This document shows, in pieces, positions 48,891-61,417 of a stretch of 64,000 nucleotides of DNA (its first letter is position 1; each line of letters begins with the position of its first letter). Both the position numbers and the translations under genes were made by a program. Origin of the DNA: Giardia intestinalis (taxonomy: Eukaryota); NCBI GenBank assembly GCA_000002435.2, contig CM018793.1; one strand, 5' to 3'. The notes under the pieces are model-generated. The model was not told where the DNA came from, ran no database searches, and saw nothing but the letters and a program-made list of their open reading frames with translations.

Positions 48891-50927
48891 ATGCATGCGT
48901 TGGTGGTGCTCGTCGCTCTGGCCACCGCGCCGTCGCGTGGAGGGAAGATGAGCTGCCCCAAAAACCACTACCTGACCGGGAGCATGTGCGTTGAGTGCGC
49001 CACGGCGATAAAGTGGTGTCTGGAGTGCACCGGGGCAGGCGCGTGCACGAGGTGCGCTTCCGGGGCGTATCTCGAGGGAGGGTACTGCAAGCCGTGCGAC
49101 CCTACCTGTGAGCGCTGCACAGGCCCGGGGAAGTGCACGGCGTGCAGCGAGGCCCACTGCAGGGCACAGGACGGGACGTGCAAGAAGCCCAAGGACTTAT
49201 ATACAGGATGTAGCAAGTGCGTCCATGACACAGGAAAGTGCATGACCTGCGCAGAGGGGTACTTCCACTCGGGCGCGGGATCAACCCCCTGCACAAAGTG
49301 TGCCGATAACTGTCTATCCTGCAAGAGCCCCACTGAGTGCACGAGGGCTGCCTCAGGGTACTATGTTAACCCCTCGACGAAGAGTCCAGCTGCCTGTACC
49401 AGTGCTAACTGTGACACTTGCGCAGATGGCGGAGCATGCACTGTCTGCAAGCCAGGTTATAGGCTTTCTACGTCATCAACAACGACATCATCGGCAACAT
49501 GTGTAAGTTGTACTGGCAATTGCAGCACGTGCGATTCCAACAAATGCACCTTCTGCATGCCCGGCTATGCCCTCACTTCTGACAGTACCTGCCAGGCGTG
49601 TCAGCAAGGCTGCGCTATCTGCGCCGATGATGAGCACCAGTTTCCTGGCAAATGTCTCTCCACTGGCTGCGCACAAGGCTACTATTACCATTCGTACGCA
49701 AAGGTGTGTGCCAAGTGTCCAACCAATTGTGCCGACTGCTACTACGACGAGGTGCACAGCATTCCTGTTTGTACCCGGTGTACGGACTCGTCCCAACTCA
49801 CGGTAGGACCAAAGATATATGGCATTTGGTGCTCTGATCTACCGACCAAAAGTTGTAAGAGTAACGAGTTTTTAGAAAACGGCTTTTGCGTCCCCTGCTA
49901 CGGGGCCATTATGAACTGTATAGGATGCAGCGACCGCTTCCGCTGCACTGAATGCTTGCCTGGCTACTACTTGTACGACAACCTCTGTGTCCGGTGCGAC
50001 GACAACTGCCTTGCTTGTGAGAACACTGCGACAAACTGCACCAATTGCGATGATGGCTTTGTCCTGCAGAATGGCACATGCGTTAAAGTGGGCTTGGTGA
50101 TAGAGAACTGTCTCCACGCGGATAATACCACAGATCCAACCAAAGGCTGCAGCACGTGTCGGGGCGGCTTTTACGTAGCTGACGGTGCGTGCAAGAAGTG
50201 TGTGGATAACTGTCAGTTATGCAAGGGACCGGAGGTTTCGAACTGCATACTAGGATTCAATGGCTATCGGTATGATAGCTACAAGAATACGTTGGAAAAG
50301 TGTGAGGATCCCAACTGTGAGCTGTGCGCAGAAACAGCAAAGTATTGCGGCACTTGCAAACTAGGATTTTACATATCACCTGACGATCAGAAGTGTGCGA
50401 AAGGACAAGTAGAGAATTGCAAGGTCTATACATATGACGGCTCTGCATGCAGCGAGTGCCTAGCCGGCTATGGCATTTCAGTTGATGGAGATCGGTGCTC
50501 CCCGTGCTTGGAAGGCTGCAAGGGAGAGTGCACAGACACTACTTGTGAGTCTGGCGTGTGTGTGCAGGGATACTATTTCGCTGAAGGGGATACGTGTCTA
50601 ACGTGTCCGAGCGAATGTGCGTCCTGTATGGCAAACAGCAAGAAGCTGGTCTCTTGCGATCGGTGCACGTCTGGCCAGGTTTTCGCCATTAGCTCAGTCA
50701 TGGGTCTCTACTGCGGTAAGCTGGACTCTAACTTCTCCAGCAGGGGCGCAGGACTCATCTCTACGATTGTTATCTTGGGCCTCATCATCGTCGGTTTCAT
50801 CGTGGCTACTCCGTTCCTCGTCAAGCTTGCGAAGAAGCGGGGGGTCCGAGTTAGCAAATTACGCAGCATAAATTCCGGGTCAGAGAGCCACAACGAGTTC
50901 CTTCTAGAGGAGCCGGATCTTCTGTGA
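48891..50927 (+). CDS. High cysteine membrane protein (HCMP), type I membrane protein
   Basis: Signal peptide, about 12% Cys arranged as repeated CxxC/CxC units, one C-terminal TM helix (LISTIVILGLIIVGFIVATPFLV), and a short cytoplasmic tail that does not end in CRGKA. ATG at 48891; the track start is TTG. Confidence 0.8.
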   Translation: MHALVVLVALATAPSRGGKMSCPKNHYLTGSMCVECATAIKWCLECTGAGACTRCASGAYLEGGYCKPCDPTCERCTGPGKCTACSEAHCRAQDGTCKKPKDLYTGCSKCVHDTGKCMTCAEGYFHSGAGSTPCTKCADNCLSCKSPTECTRAASGYYVNPSTKSPAACTSANCDTCADGGACTVCKPGYRLSTSSTTTSSATCVSCTGNCSTCDSNKCTFCMPGYALTSDSTCQACQQGCAICADDEHQFPGKCLSTGCAQGYYYHSYAKVCAKCPTNCADCYYDEVHSIPVCTRCTDSSQLTVGPKIYGIWCSDLPTKSCKSNEFLENGFCVPCYGAIMNCIGCSDRFRCTECLPGYYLYDNLCVRCDDNCLACENTATNCTNCDDGFVLQNGTCVKVGLVIENCLHADNTTDPTKGCSTCRGGFYVADGACKKCVDNCQLCKGPEVSNCILGFNGYRYDSYKNTLEKCEDPNCELCAETAKYCGTCKLGFYISPDDQKCAKGQVENCKVYTYDGSACSECLAGYGISVDGDRCSPCLEGCKGECTDTTCESGVCVQGYYFAEGDTCLTCPSECASCMANSKKLVSCDRCTSGQVFAISSVMGLYCGKLDSNFSSRGAGLISTIVILGLIIVGFIVATPFLVKLAKKRGVRVSKLRSINSGSESHNEFLLEEPDLL

Positions 50928-53900
50928 CGGCGCGGATCAATGTCTTCTCCTGTCTGCCTTGCTTGTATGCGTACCCAGTTTCTATCGTGCTGGGGCAATA
51001 CAGCCCTTCTCCTAGTAAACAAGGCAGAAGTATGTATGCTGGTGTCACCACGGTCGTTGACTACCTAGGGGCCGGCGACAGCTGCGAGAGCAATGGGCAC
51101 AGGAGTAGCGCATTCCGGGGCGTGATTTATCTGTCTTGCCATCTGCCGTGGTACTGTACATGACTCCGAGGATGATACAGTGTTGATCGCTGAGGTGGTT
51201 TCCAGCAAATACGTCCTTAGTTAACTTCCTCGTATCGGGCGGCGCTTCGCATGCCTGGTTCCGACGTCCGGCGCCACCCAGCTCCGGGAGCAGGAGAAGG
51301 CGGGGAAGGAGGTCGGTAGCCCGACCCTCTCACCTGCAGCAGCCTCCGGATCCGCATGCCGATAGAAACGACTCGAAGCGGGATCCGGCAGACACTTGGC
51401 GGGATGATGGTACTGCAGGCGAAGAGGGCCCTCGCGCTCGCCGCCCCAGTCGATCTCCCTACTAAAGAGCAAGCGTGTGGCGGACTTCTAAGACGGTTGC
51501 CGCTATCACTGAACCCTCTCCCCAGCTGGGCTAGTCGTCAAATGGGAAGTGGCTCATGAACGCATTATCTCGCCTTTTGAGGCCCGCCTTGCCTCTATTG
51601 TATTGTCCATGGCGCCAGGAGTTATGGAAGACACGCCTGCACCTCCTGACTGAAGAGCTTTGCCGCGGGCAAGGCACCGAACGCCGCGTCCTGGGAAGCC
51701 TCCCGCCTCAGGCTCATTCAACTGGAGTCTCATACGCCAAATAAGGCATTTCATTTCCCTTTCCACACCTCCATAGCTTACAGGCTGTGTTACATCATGC
51801 TGCACCAGATGACGCCTACGCCAACATCCCCAGGACGCTGAGAGAGATCAGAAGGCCTTCCAAGTCCTCTGGAGGCGTTTAGATGCAACTCCTAGCTCTT
51901 GCTCTTGGGAGACCTCGATAGGGATCAGCAATCGACACGTAGACTGCGAGCTATGTAATCAAGACCTGGAACAGATGGCCTTCGTTATCGACAAGACAAG
52001 AACAGGTGATGGAGCTCCGTTCTCCCCGGATCCTGTGCTCCAGAGGAGGCAGGGCTTCCAGTCACTGACTGCCCCGATAGGAGTCATGCGTCTGCTGATG
52101 CTTTGTGAGGACCGCATGGACTCCGACTCGTACCTATACACTGTGGATGCTGCTGGTCTCTCGAGGGAGATGCTCCGACACCATAGCAAGAACAGGAGCC
52201 TTAGGTGCACATGTGAGAGCTTGACACGGGACATAGAGCTAATTCAGGCCTCATTTAAGAACCTGGGGGCGTTTCACACGCTGGAGGATACCAGGATTGG
52301 GGGAGTCCCCATCATCTGTTGCCCCAAATGCTTCAGCACCAGAATGGCGAGTAGGAGACATCTGGCTAAAACGAAACACTCTGTGCTGATGTGGCACCAG
52401 ATGGTAGTCACTCGAGCATATGCTCGTTCTGCACTGAACCCACCGAGGTCAGAGAGCCGTCCAGGTGCACTGCAACACAAACATCGAGTGTAGAGCGTAA
52501 CTGCGTGAAGGGATGGGAATGAAGAGGAGAGGGACATCCTTTTCAGCACCCACCCCATAGCCATGCTCAGGGATGATAAAGACCCTTCTTATAGAACCCC
52601 AGTCAAAAGAGGCGAGAGCACCTCGTGAAGCAAATGAGGTGTGCTTTGTCAGACTGGTGGGTCGTTGATATATGAGCAACAGCCACCAGAAGGCCTCTAA
52701 CAGGGATCAGATTGTCAAGTGCGTCGAAGACGCCTTGATGAAGAACAACTGCCCTCGGGTCACGGGCTTCTCTCCTACAAGAACATTCACAACCTGGACT
52801 CTCTAGAGGGGATAAAGGTAACACGTGAGCTGCACTCTAATACCCCAAAGTGTTACCGTGGCTGGACGACAGGAGATTGTGCTGGTCACGTGGTGAGAAT
52901 CTTCATGCGAACTTCCAGCCAGATCAGACAATAGTGAGAAATAGCTAGTTTTCTCGTAGCGTGCCTCCTCTCTGAACAGGACTGGAGGTGCCTGGGATGC
53001 TCTTCTAGAGTCTCGGTATCGAAGGGTCCATGCCAAGTAGCAGACCCTGTACTGCATGGCATGAGAGCTTTTAGGACGTGTAAATACCCGTGTGGCCGTA
53101 GCGACGCGTTTCCATCCGCAGGTACCAGGGCACGTCGGTGGACAGCGTACACAGTGACTCAGGCACTCTACGTGTGGTCATGTCCTACAGTTCCTGTAGT
53201 GGGCTATGGACAGCCTGATAACCAGTGTTCTATAGCAGCGCGACGTGGGATGGTGCGCCCAGCAGCACACCACATCTATGGTCTCAACGAGGCTTTACAG
53301 GGTGCAGTAGGGCATCCGAGCCAACTGAGCATTGGACTGGGCCCTGGGTGGGAGGTAAGGGCTCCTGTGCACGACTGGGTTGCTCCCAGATAGAATAGGG
53401 TATACAGTGAGCTAGATGAATGCGATGCTGTAAGGTATCCACAGCCGCATAGATTCATCCGGTGGTGCCGCACTGGATGTTGGGAGGCACACTGCCGACA
53501 GGTCAGGGAAGCTTAAAGAGTGATAGTGCCATTTTGCTATTATTATGTAGTACTTCGGGGCATGTAGCTAGGGAGGTATCCCCTGATGGTTGGGAAAAGG
53601 GCAGAGCTAAGTGAATAATGACCATGCCCATCATGAACAGCTCTAGATGCTACCCGATCACTTTCTAGAAGTGCATATGTCTCGGATAGGTGGGAGCTAC
53701 ATTCAGGGCCATGTGCGGATAGAAGGCAGCCCAGCGACTGACGCTTTGTACAACCTCCTCATCCGCTGCCTGAGCAGCCAGAAGCCAGCTTCGATATGCA
53801 GACGGAAGCTGCGAAGAGTAAACTCATCGTGGGGTCGATTGTCTGACACTAAAAAATCCGGAACGATGACGGCAGCCATTGTCTCCCTAAGATGATGTAT

Positions 53901-56900
53901 TATGCGCGGTATCAGCTTTGGCCCTCTAGATGGGTAGTTTGGGGCATTCTGCACTAGCCTTGACTTCTGAGACGCTAAGACCTGTGAATAGCACAGAACG
54001 AGGCATGGTATGTATAGACGGTGCGTTGTCTTCATGAATGTGCACTACAGCCTCCAAATGCACGCAGCTAGACCAGAATGGACGGATCAGCTAGCTTACA
54101 CAGGCGACCTGCCCACCACCATGTTTGCTGCGATGAGGGGCTGCATCTACCCAACAGACTGAGCAGAGATTACAGCAGCTTCTCTACTGATGCATGCATG
54201 GCCATGCGCCGCCCTAGTAGGTGGTGTAGATACTATAGTATCTACCCTGCCTGTTGTTAATAAAGAATATCAGTTAGTCGCACTGGACACTCTTCTAGGA
54301 AGGCATACAGTCTCTATGGTTGCAATTTCACCAGTTGTAATGACAACTGAACACTAGGAAAGGTGCCATAGAACGATCTGCTGCCTTTCAAGGTGAGACA
54401 TAAATCCACACATAAGCCAAAAGCAGAACTCTATACATCGATTGTTATGATCTTAGTGCGATGACCGGTTTGAGCTATGATACACTCCTCACTTATCTAT
54501 GTACTCGTTTGGATCCTCGCTGCTAGTGTTGGACAGGACTGCGAGGGGGCCTGTCTCTGGTTGCGTTGACCTTATGGTATCTAGTCCTTGGTGACACACC
54601 TCAGCGGATGAGGATGTTATTCGGGTACTCAAAAGACTATCCGTGCATAACGGTTTCTGGAGAGCCGGTCCGCATGGAGAATATAGGGTGACCAGCGAAT
54701 CAGTGAAGTAAGACTGGCGTCAGAGAGGCCAGCTACTAGCCCGGATTGCAGCAGAGACGCCTGTAGCGCCTCTCTGGTCTCCGAGTGGTAAAGATCGCGG
54801 GGTCTACAGATAAGTTGAAAGCTGCTTTTTGATTTTATATATTCCTAACAGCGTAATATTTATCAGCGGCCTGCCTCGTCTGAAGTTGAAGAAGTTTACC
54901 TTCTCTCCGCATATTGGCGAGGATCTATTGTAGAGGCATGCTGTGCAGGCTGGTACCAGTCGGCGTGGTTGCTGTCCACAGATTTCTCACCTGCGTCTTC
55001 TCATGGCAGATGATCGCTAGCAGCGCTCTCAGCTCACGTGGCTAAGTCTACGGTGCATCTCCACTTCGGCCAAGGATTGTATACGTATTATATAGTCTGG
55101 ATTGCTCATCAGCCAGGATAGTGTGGTCCACTCCTGTTCTCTGCTTGCCTATCTCGTGCAACCATTTATTAATGACCTTTCCAGATCAATGGGTACTTCC
55201 ATCAGTTCTGTAAAGGCATACGTCACGCAGACGGCCACTACAAGCCAGACTCCTGTCTACCAAGGAAAAGGGTCAATAGATTTATCATCTGGGCATCCGT
55301 TATGTCCCTTATACAGATCTGGCAGGTCTTGGGCTCCTCAGCGTTTCTTCGTAAGTCTCTGGCTGAAGCCCGTATGCATATCGTTACTGACAAGCGCCTT
55401 AGCTTCATCTGACCACTTAGGGCATTAGATCCTTTGCCCTGCACAGTGGGTATGCTCAGCGTGGGAGGTACACAACCAGCATCAGCTTTCTCGGCTCATT
55501 GTCTGAGTAATACTGTCATTGCTTCTCAATTTAACTAGCAACTCAACTAATGGTCTCAAAAGCAGATAACAACTCACCAGCAGGTAGTCAGCAGTGACCG
55601 TGACGCGTACTTTCGCTAAGGCGCAGACTTCTAAGCAGGAGCATGAGGTAGGCCTCTGCCATTCTGTGGTCCTGTTAATTCCTCGGATAGTAAAGATTGG
55701 AACAGCTCAGGCTAGCATTGGATGCATCCGGGTCTCTATCTATCTCCGTCGTCTGGAGTGTGTTTGACTTCATAAACTGAAAGGAGCTGTACCGTGCTCG
55801 TGCCTGCAAGCCTCAGCTAGGCAGAGCTATATCTCAGTTGTTGCGTGGGGGTAGCCACACGCCCCGCAGAGCCTGCAAGGAACATTGTGGCCCAATAGAG
55901 CCTTTTACCTATCGAATGCAAGCTGTGACCTCATAGGCGCAGGCTTTCTTATAGTAACCAGTCAGCTACAGAGTTCGTCCACTCGTATAAACCCAACGGA
56001 TGGAGGGCGATATCAGTCTCGTCGATCGTCTACAACGCACAGCAGTCGAGTCCTACAGGTGGACAGAGGTCATCCAGCCCGCATCAATAAACATCGATAG
56101 GAAGCCTTCACAACAATGAATGAGTGAGTACAGTAGCCATTTTTCTATTGAAGATTCTCCAACCACTGAGGTCCAGGACAGCCTCCTACAGGATTCTTGG
56201 CAGGATCGTATCCGATGCATGTTTGTGGCACTCCCGCTCAAGGTGTGTGTTGCTAGACTTTCACTTCCTACACTGGCCTGTGAACATTGAGCTCTGGGCT
56301 CTAGCGGGGCCATGCTGGAGATCACAAGGATATGGTGTCTTCGGAGACTATTCGGCTTCCGTAGCCACACAATAAGGATCTACTTCTCGCAGTAGCATCA
56401 CAGAGAGGTGTATAGAACCATACCACGCCCTCTACCAGGTGACATGATGCATGAATCAAGAGGTAGGACGCTTGCACCGATCGGCATATCTACCATGATC
56501 AGACACAGATTGGCCCGAAAGTAGCAGCTAAATGTTGTTCGACTCCCTTATCAGTGGATGGGCACCCAACTACCCTGGTACCCACACGAGGCCACGCTGA
56601 GTATGGGCCTGGTCACTGGCTATCAAACCAGCACAGTCCCTCTGGATCTCGTCTCTCATGAAGACAGCCTAACACAGAGAGCTCTGTGTCACTCACATCA
56701 ACAGACCAAGGTACCGCAGGCCTGGGTGCTTCTGGTACGATAGAGCGGTAGCATCAGAGTAATTCAAGGGGTGATGGGAGTCCTCTCCATCAGCTCAGGA
56801 GACAGCACGGTCTGGGCAGTGCTTCCCCTTGACTAGACACGGGAGGGCTGACCCGTCTCTGAGTTCTACTTGCCACTCTGTCATGCAATGAAGAACCCTA

Positions 56901-57137
56901 ATGGTACTTAGTACAGGGGGCCAGTAGTAACGCCATGCATCCACCAGATCAGAGTGCCCCATGAGCCTGTCTCTGTTGATCCACACCTTCTACGAACTTT
57001 AGTGACTGATGCAATCTTCTCTCGAGATCCTCCGAGGATTTGTCTCTGAGTGTAACTCCCCCACGACAGCTAAGGGTCACGGGCATAACCGAAGGACGAG
57101 AGCGATCCAGGGGGAGAGCACCGGCGCATGGGGTCCG

Positions 57138-59720
57138 CAGGGGCCGGTTCCCAGGGATGCAAGGACGGCAGATCGCTTGCTGTCTAAGCAGTAATTAGAT
57201 CCATGTTTTGTCATGACGGCAAGGTTGGCACCGGATCAAGTTCTTTGGATCTTTAACACAATATCTGACAAATGCATTGTTCTATTGGCTGAACATAGGA
57301 TTGCTGACAAAATTTTGTTTCCGCATTGGCATAACCCGAACAGAACTTCAATGTTGTTGGTAGTATTCTATCTTGTGTTGAGTGCTCTCGCGGCAGCATG
57401 CAAGCAAGCACAAAATTGTGTAGAGGATAAGTGCGAAATGATCGGAGACACCGAAATTTGCACTCAGTGCACAGCAGGAAAAGTCCCAATTGATGGAGTA
57501 TGTACAGCAGTTGGTAGTGCCGCTGGTAAATGTACAAAGGCTGAAGGACAAGCAGTAGATGACACTGATAAAACATGTGGAAAATGCGTAGACGCATACT
57601 TCATGTACAAAGGCGGATGTTATCTGGCCGGTGCAGCTGGACCGGGTACTGGTACTAAAATGTGCAAGCAGGCTGCTGGTGGCAAGTGTACGCAAGCTGC
57701 TGATGCGAAGAACTACTTCATTCCACCAGCAAATACAGACGATACTCATGATTCTGTCGTTTGGTGCGGTGATGAAATAGGCGTAACACTTAGTAGTACT
57801 CAGTATAAGGGTGTTGCTAAGTGCCTAGTATGTGATGCTCCCGGTGGCGCTGGTGCTGCAACGTGCACAACCTGTGAAGACGGGTACTTTGGTGCTACTT
57901 GTGAAAAATGCCATGAAAGTTGTAGGACATGTGAAGCTGCAGAAGAGAATAAGTGCAAGTCGTGTACAGATGGCTACTTCCTTGGAGCAACCAATGGAGC
58001 CGCAGGTAAGTGCCTTAAATGTAACTCTAAAACAGAGGAAGGCTGGCACGGAGTTGACAACTGTGCTAAGTGCACGTCATCTAATACGCAAAACACTCCT
58101 GCGACATGCACTGAATGCGTTGCAAATTTCTATCTAAAACCAGCTGCGGATGCGACTCCTTCTAGTTGCGTCACAGAAACGGGGTGCGGTGACGGATACT
58201 TCCCAACTATTGTTGATGAGGTCAAGAAATGTATCGCTTGCAGTGCAGCTACAAATGGTGGCATAGATGACTGCAAAAAGTGTTCTCTCAAAACAACGTC
58301 TGCGAAGGCAGGAGTAGAGATCGTATGCACTGAATGTAATACTAAATGGCTCAGTCCTCTAAGAGACGCATGTTTGGATAGCTGTCCTCCTGGAACACAT
58401 GCTGATTCTGGCAATATTTGTCCTTTATGTCATAGTACATGTGCAGAATGTGATGGTAATGCAGGAGCCAACTTTTGTACAGTTTGTTATCCAGGGTTTG
58501 TATTAAAGCGCGGTGAAACTGGCAACATGGGCATGTGCGTTCCCGAGTGCACTGGAGAGTACGCAGAGAACTGCGAAGCTGACCAATGCACGGCCGTTAT
58601 AGGTAGCTCCAAGTATTGCAGCAGGTGTAAGGTTGGATTTGCCCCAGTGGATGGCGTCTGTGTATCGACGGCTTCAAGAGCAGTAACTGGATGCACAGCA
58701 GGAAACGATGGGACATGTACGGCCTGCACAGGTACATATTTCTTACAATCTGGTGGGTGCTATCAGTCAACAACGTATCCTGGTAATACCCTCTGCTCTA
58801 TCGCTGCTAGTGGAAAGTGCACAACATGCGCCAATGGGCAAACAGCAGATAGCAATTTGGGTTCTTGCCCAGCATGTCCAGCTGGCTGCTCAAAGTGCGC
58901 AACTAGTGGTAGTCCCAAAGCATGCTCAGAGTGTTTCCCTGGATACTATAAATCTGGGGATAGCTGCGCAAGATGCGATACTAATAACAGCCAAATTACC
59001 GGTGTCGCTAATTGCGTAAGCTGTGCTCCTCCATCTAATGGTCAAGGATCTGTCATCTGCTACATAACGCGACAAGAGACCGACGATGGCACTGGCGACA
59101 ACACAGGTGGAAGCACGAACAAGAGCGGCCTCTCCACGGGTGCCATCGCGGGGATCTCCGTGGCTGTGATTGTTGTTGTAGGTGGCCTCGTCGGCTTCCT
59201 CTGCTGGTGGTTTATCTGCCGTGGAAAGGCGTAGACTTAGGTAGTAAACACGTCACTGTATATGGCTTATTACGCTATTCTGCCGGGGCTATCTGAGGAT
59301 CGCCCAGAGATCGTGTGAGTGAGTCCGCTCCTTTCTGACTAGTCCGGAGACGAGGGTTGGTCATGAATAACATGACGGAGAGTCCTCTCCAGTGATATAT
59401 CCAGAGCCTGGTGCGCTCCTCTGCCATTTCGCGGGGGTGTACTCAATCCGAGTGTGTGCGTCACTCACCCTGGGATTCAGCTTACCTATCCATTTGCATC
59501 GTCCACCAGTGGCGCCTCTCGTTGGTCTTCCTTCGTGGTGGGTGAAGCTCCGGTCGCCGTCCTTTTTTAGATGCCCCGTCTGTCAGGGGCTGCCACCGGG
59601 CTCTCCGCTGGCTGGGCCCTCGGTGTCCGGGCAGCTGTGGCTCGAGTCAGCGCTCCCACAGTCCAGTCACCTGTGTCTCAGTGGGCCGGCTGGTGGGTGG
59701 GGCGGGGGTATGGGGCGGTG
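57138..59720. repeat. Left arm of a >=2583-bp perfect inverted repeat (carries VSP copy 1)
   Basis: Reverse complement of 61418..64000. The arm may extend further left because the right arm is cut by the window end. Confidence 0.85.
57351..59234 (+). CDS. vsp: Variant-specific surface protein (VSP), copy 1
   Basis: Signal peptide MLLVVFYLVLSALAA, many CxxC motifs, a GGCY-type motif, a C-terminal TM and the invariant CRGKA terminus. The upstream in-frame ATG at 57213 adds 46 non-signal residues and is probably 5' leader. Confidence 0.85.
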   Translation: MLLVVFYLVLSALAAACKQAQNCVEDKCEMIGDTEICTQCTAGKVPIDGVCTAVGSAAGKCTKAEGQAVDDTDKTCGKCVDAYFMYKGGCYLAGAAGPGTGTKMCKQAAGGKCTQAADAKNYFIPPANTDDTHDSVVWCGDEIGVTLSSTQYKGVAKCLVCDAPGGAGAATCTTCEDGYFGATCEKCHESCRTCEAAEENKCKSCTDGYFLGATNGAAGKCLKCNSKTEEGWHGVDNCAKCTSSNTQNTPATCTECVANFYLKPAADATPSSCVTETGCGDGYFPTIVDEVKKCIACSAATNGGIDDCKKCSLKTTSAKAGVEIVCTECNTKWLSPLRDACLDSCPPGTHADSGNICPLCHSTCAECDGNAGANFCTVCYPGFVLKRGETGNMGMCVPECTGEYAENCEADQCTAVIGSSKYCSRCKVGFAPVDGVCVSTASRAVTGCTAGNDGTCTACTGTYFLQSGGCYQSTTYPGNTLCSIAASGKCTTCANGQTADSNLGSCPACPAGCSKCATSGSPKACSECFPGYYKSGDSCARCDTNNSQITGVANCVSCAPPSNGQGSVICYITRQETDDGTGDNTGGSTNKSGLSTGAIAGISVAVIVVVGGLVGFLCWWFICRGKA

Positions 59721-61417
59721 AGGCTGGAGGGGACTGGTGGGACCAGGTGGTGGGTGTTCGTATGCGCCCCTGACCTTTTAGTGGACTGGGGTGATCCCCG
59801 CTCTGTTTGCCAAGGTGGTTGTGTCTGATCTTCAACCATCGTTGCACTCCCGAGACAGAGGCACCGACGATCGTGTCGTGTCCCCCTGAGTGAGCGCCTC
59901 CCTTGGCCCCTGCATGCCTCGGGCAGTACTGCTCTGTCTGGCTGGTGCATGAGGGCTGAGGCAGACCATCGCAGCCTCTCCTGTTGCTCGCTGATGCTCT
60001 GTGACGGGTCTGCTGGGCCCCTGGCATGCCCTGTCCGGTGCCTCGACGATAGTTCACCTCGGGCCAGCAGGGGTGTGGATGACCTTGTGAATGGGATGGG
60101 GTTCTCTCATGCCTCTAGTGTGATGACTCAAAAGACTAACACGGTGGGGCATCGGTGACTGCACTGTCCCCGTGGTCAGCTGTGCTGCTCCTGGTGGGTC
60201 CTTGTTGTGGAGCGCTGTGTATCATCCATAGGCAGAGGTGAGCCTCCTTGGTCTCAGGATGCTCTACCATCAGAGAGGAGCACGCTGGGGGTCACCCAAC
60301 ATCACCTGCTGTGCCCTCGGGAGTTCCCGGTGTGGTCTACTAACCTTAACACCTCTCGTGGCTCTGATGACCCCTCGGGGAGAGCCGGGGTGTCCTATGC
60401 CAGGGAGGCGTGCACCTTCCTGCATGAGCTGGGCCATCCACTGCACTGCCCCCAAGGAGGTCTGCTATGAGAGGCAGTGGGATGATTGACAGCCCCTCAG
60501 AGTGGGTGGAGGGCGCTCGTGGTCGTCTCTGTGACCGGGCATCACTCTGATAGTCGGCTCTGTGCCTGCGTGGTGCTCAGAGGTCACCTGTCTGCCTCAT
60601 TGCCTGCTGGACAGCCGGCCTCTTGTGTCATCCGAAGGCCTCCTCACTCCTCTGGCTGCTGCCCCCTCGGGTCATCGATGGAGACCAGCGGAGTCTTCGG
60701 TGGGTCTGGTGCCTGTCTGGGTGTCATGGGGGCTGGCAGCTATCAGGGCTCTGCCACTGCTCACCTGCCTGGAGTGTGCCTCCCTTGGGTCTGCTGTGCT
60801 GTAGTGTTTGAGTCCTCTGGTTTCCTATCAGGCCCTGGTTGTGAGGGTGACCCCACCTGGCCCTCTGATGTCCCTGTGGATGAGCATAGCAGCTGTCTGG
60901 CTGGGGATCTCTGGTGCCCGTGGCTGTTGCTGCCTCTCGGGTGCTCGGGTGGTTGCCTGGCACTCTCGTATGGGACACAGTCAGCGTGTCCCGAGCAGAC
61001 CCTAGTCCTCTCTGGGTCATGCACAGTCTGTCCGTGTGTGGATGGTCCTCCTGCACTCAGGTCCATCTGTGCATACTATCACTCAGCCTCGAGAGCAGGC
61101 CAGTGCCAGTTACTAGGGCTGCTGTCAGAGGGAGTCGTCTGCCACTACCATCGCTCGAGCAGCCCTGCAGATCAGGCTGGTTGCTGTGCACCCTCATGGC
61201 AGGGCTGCCTGACTCCCTTGGTCATCCTCTCTGTCCCGGTGTGCACGGCTCCTGAGGGTTGCCTGGGTGGAGGCACTCACAGACCACGAGCACACAGAGG
61301 GATGAGTCACAGGTAGACAGCCCCCAGTCACCACAGCTGCGATCACCCCAGTTCACCGGACCCAGGGGCACATACGAGCACCACCAACCTCAGCCCCCAC
61401 CAGAGCCCCTCCAGTCC
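59721..61417. other. 1.7-kb spacer between the IR arms: a degenerate continuation of the palindrome with a strand-compositional switch
   Basis: The left half is A-poor (G/T/C-rich) on the plus strand and the right half is T-poor (C/A-rich). The spacer edges are still ~80% identical to each other in reverse complement. Spurious long ORFs arise here because stop codons are rare. Confidence 0.6.

Noticed and set aside
51975-52493. 172-aa ORF in the ORF-poor tract
   Set aside because: It has an ATG but no AT-rich initiator context, no recognisable motif and a Cys/Arg-rich low-complexity translation. It is more likely a chance ORF or a gene remnant than a gene.
57213-57350. 46-codon N-terminal extension of the VSP ORF (MTARLAPDQVLW...)
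   Set aside because: It is not signal-peptide-like, whereas the Met at 57351 begins a canonical VSP signal peptide. The extension is probably 5' leader that happens to be in frame.
60486-61316. 276-aa ORF spanning the centre of the VSP palindrome spacer
   Set aside because: The region is A-depleted, so stop codons are rare by composition alone. The translation is low-complexity with no motif and no AT-rich initiator.
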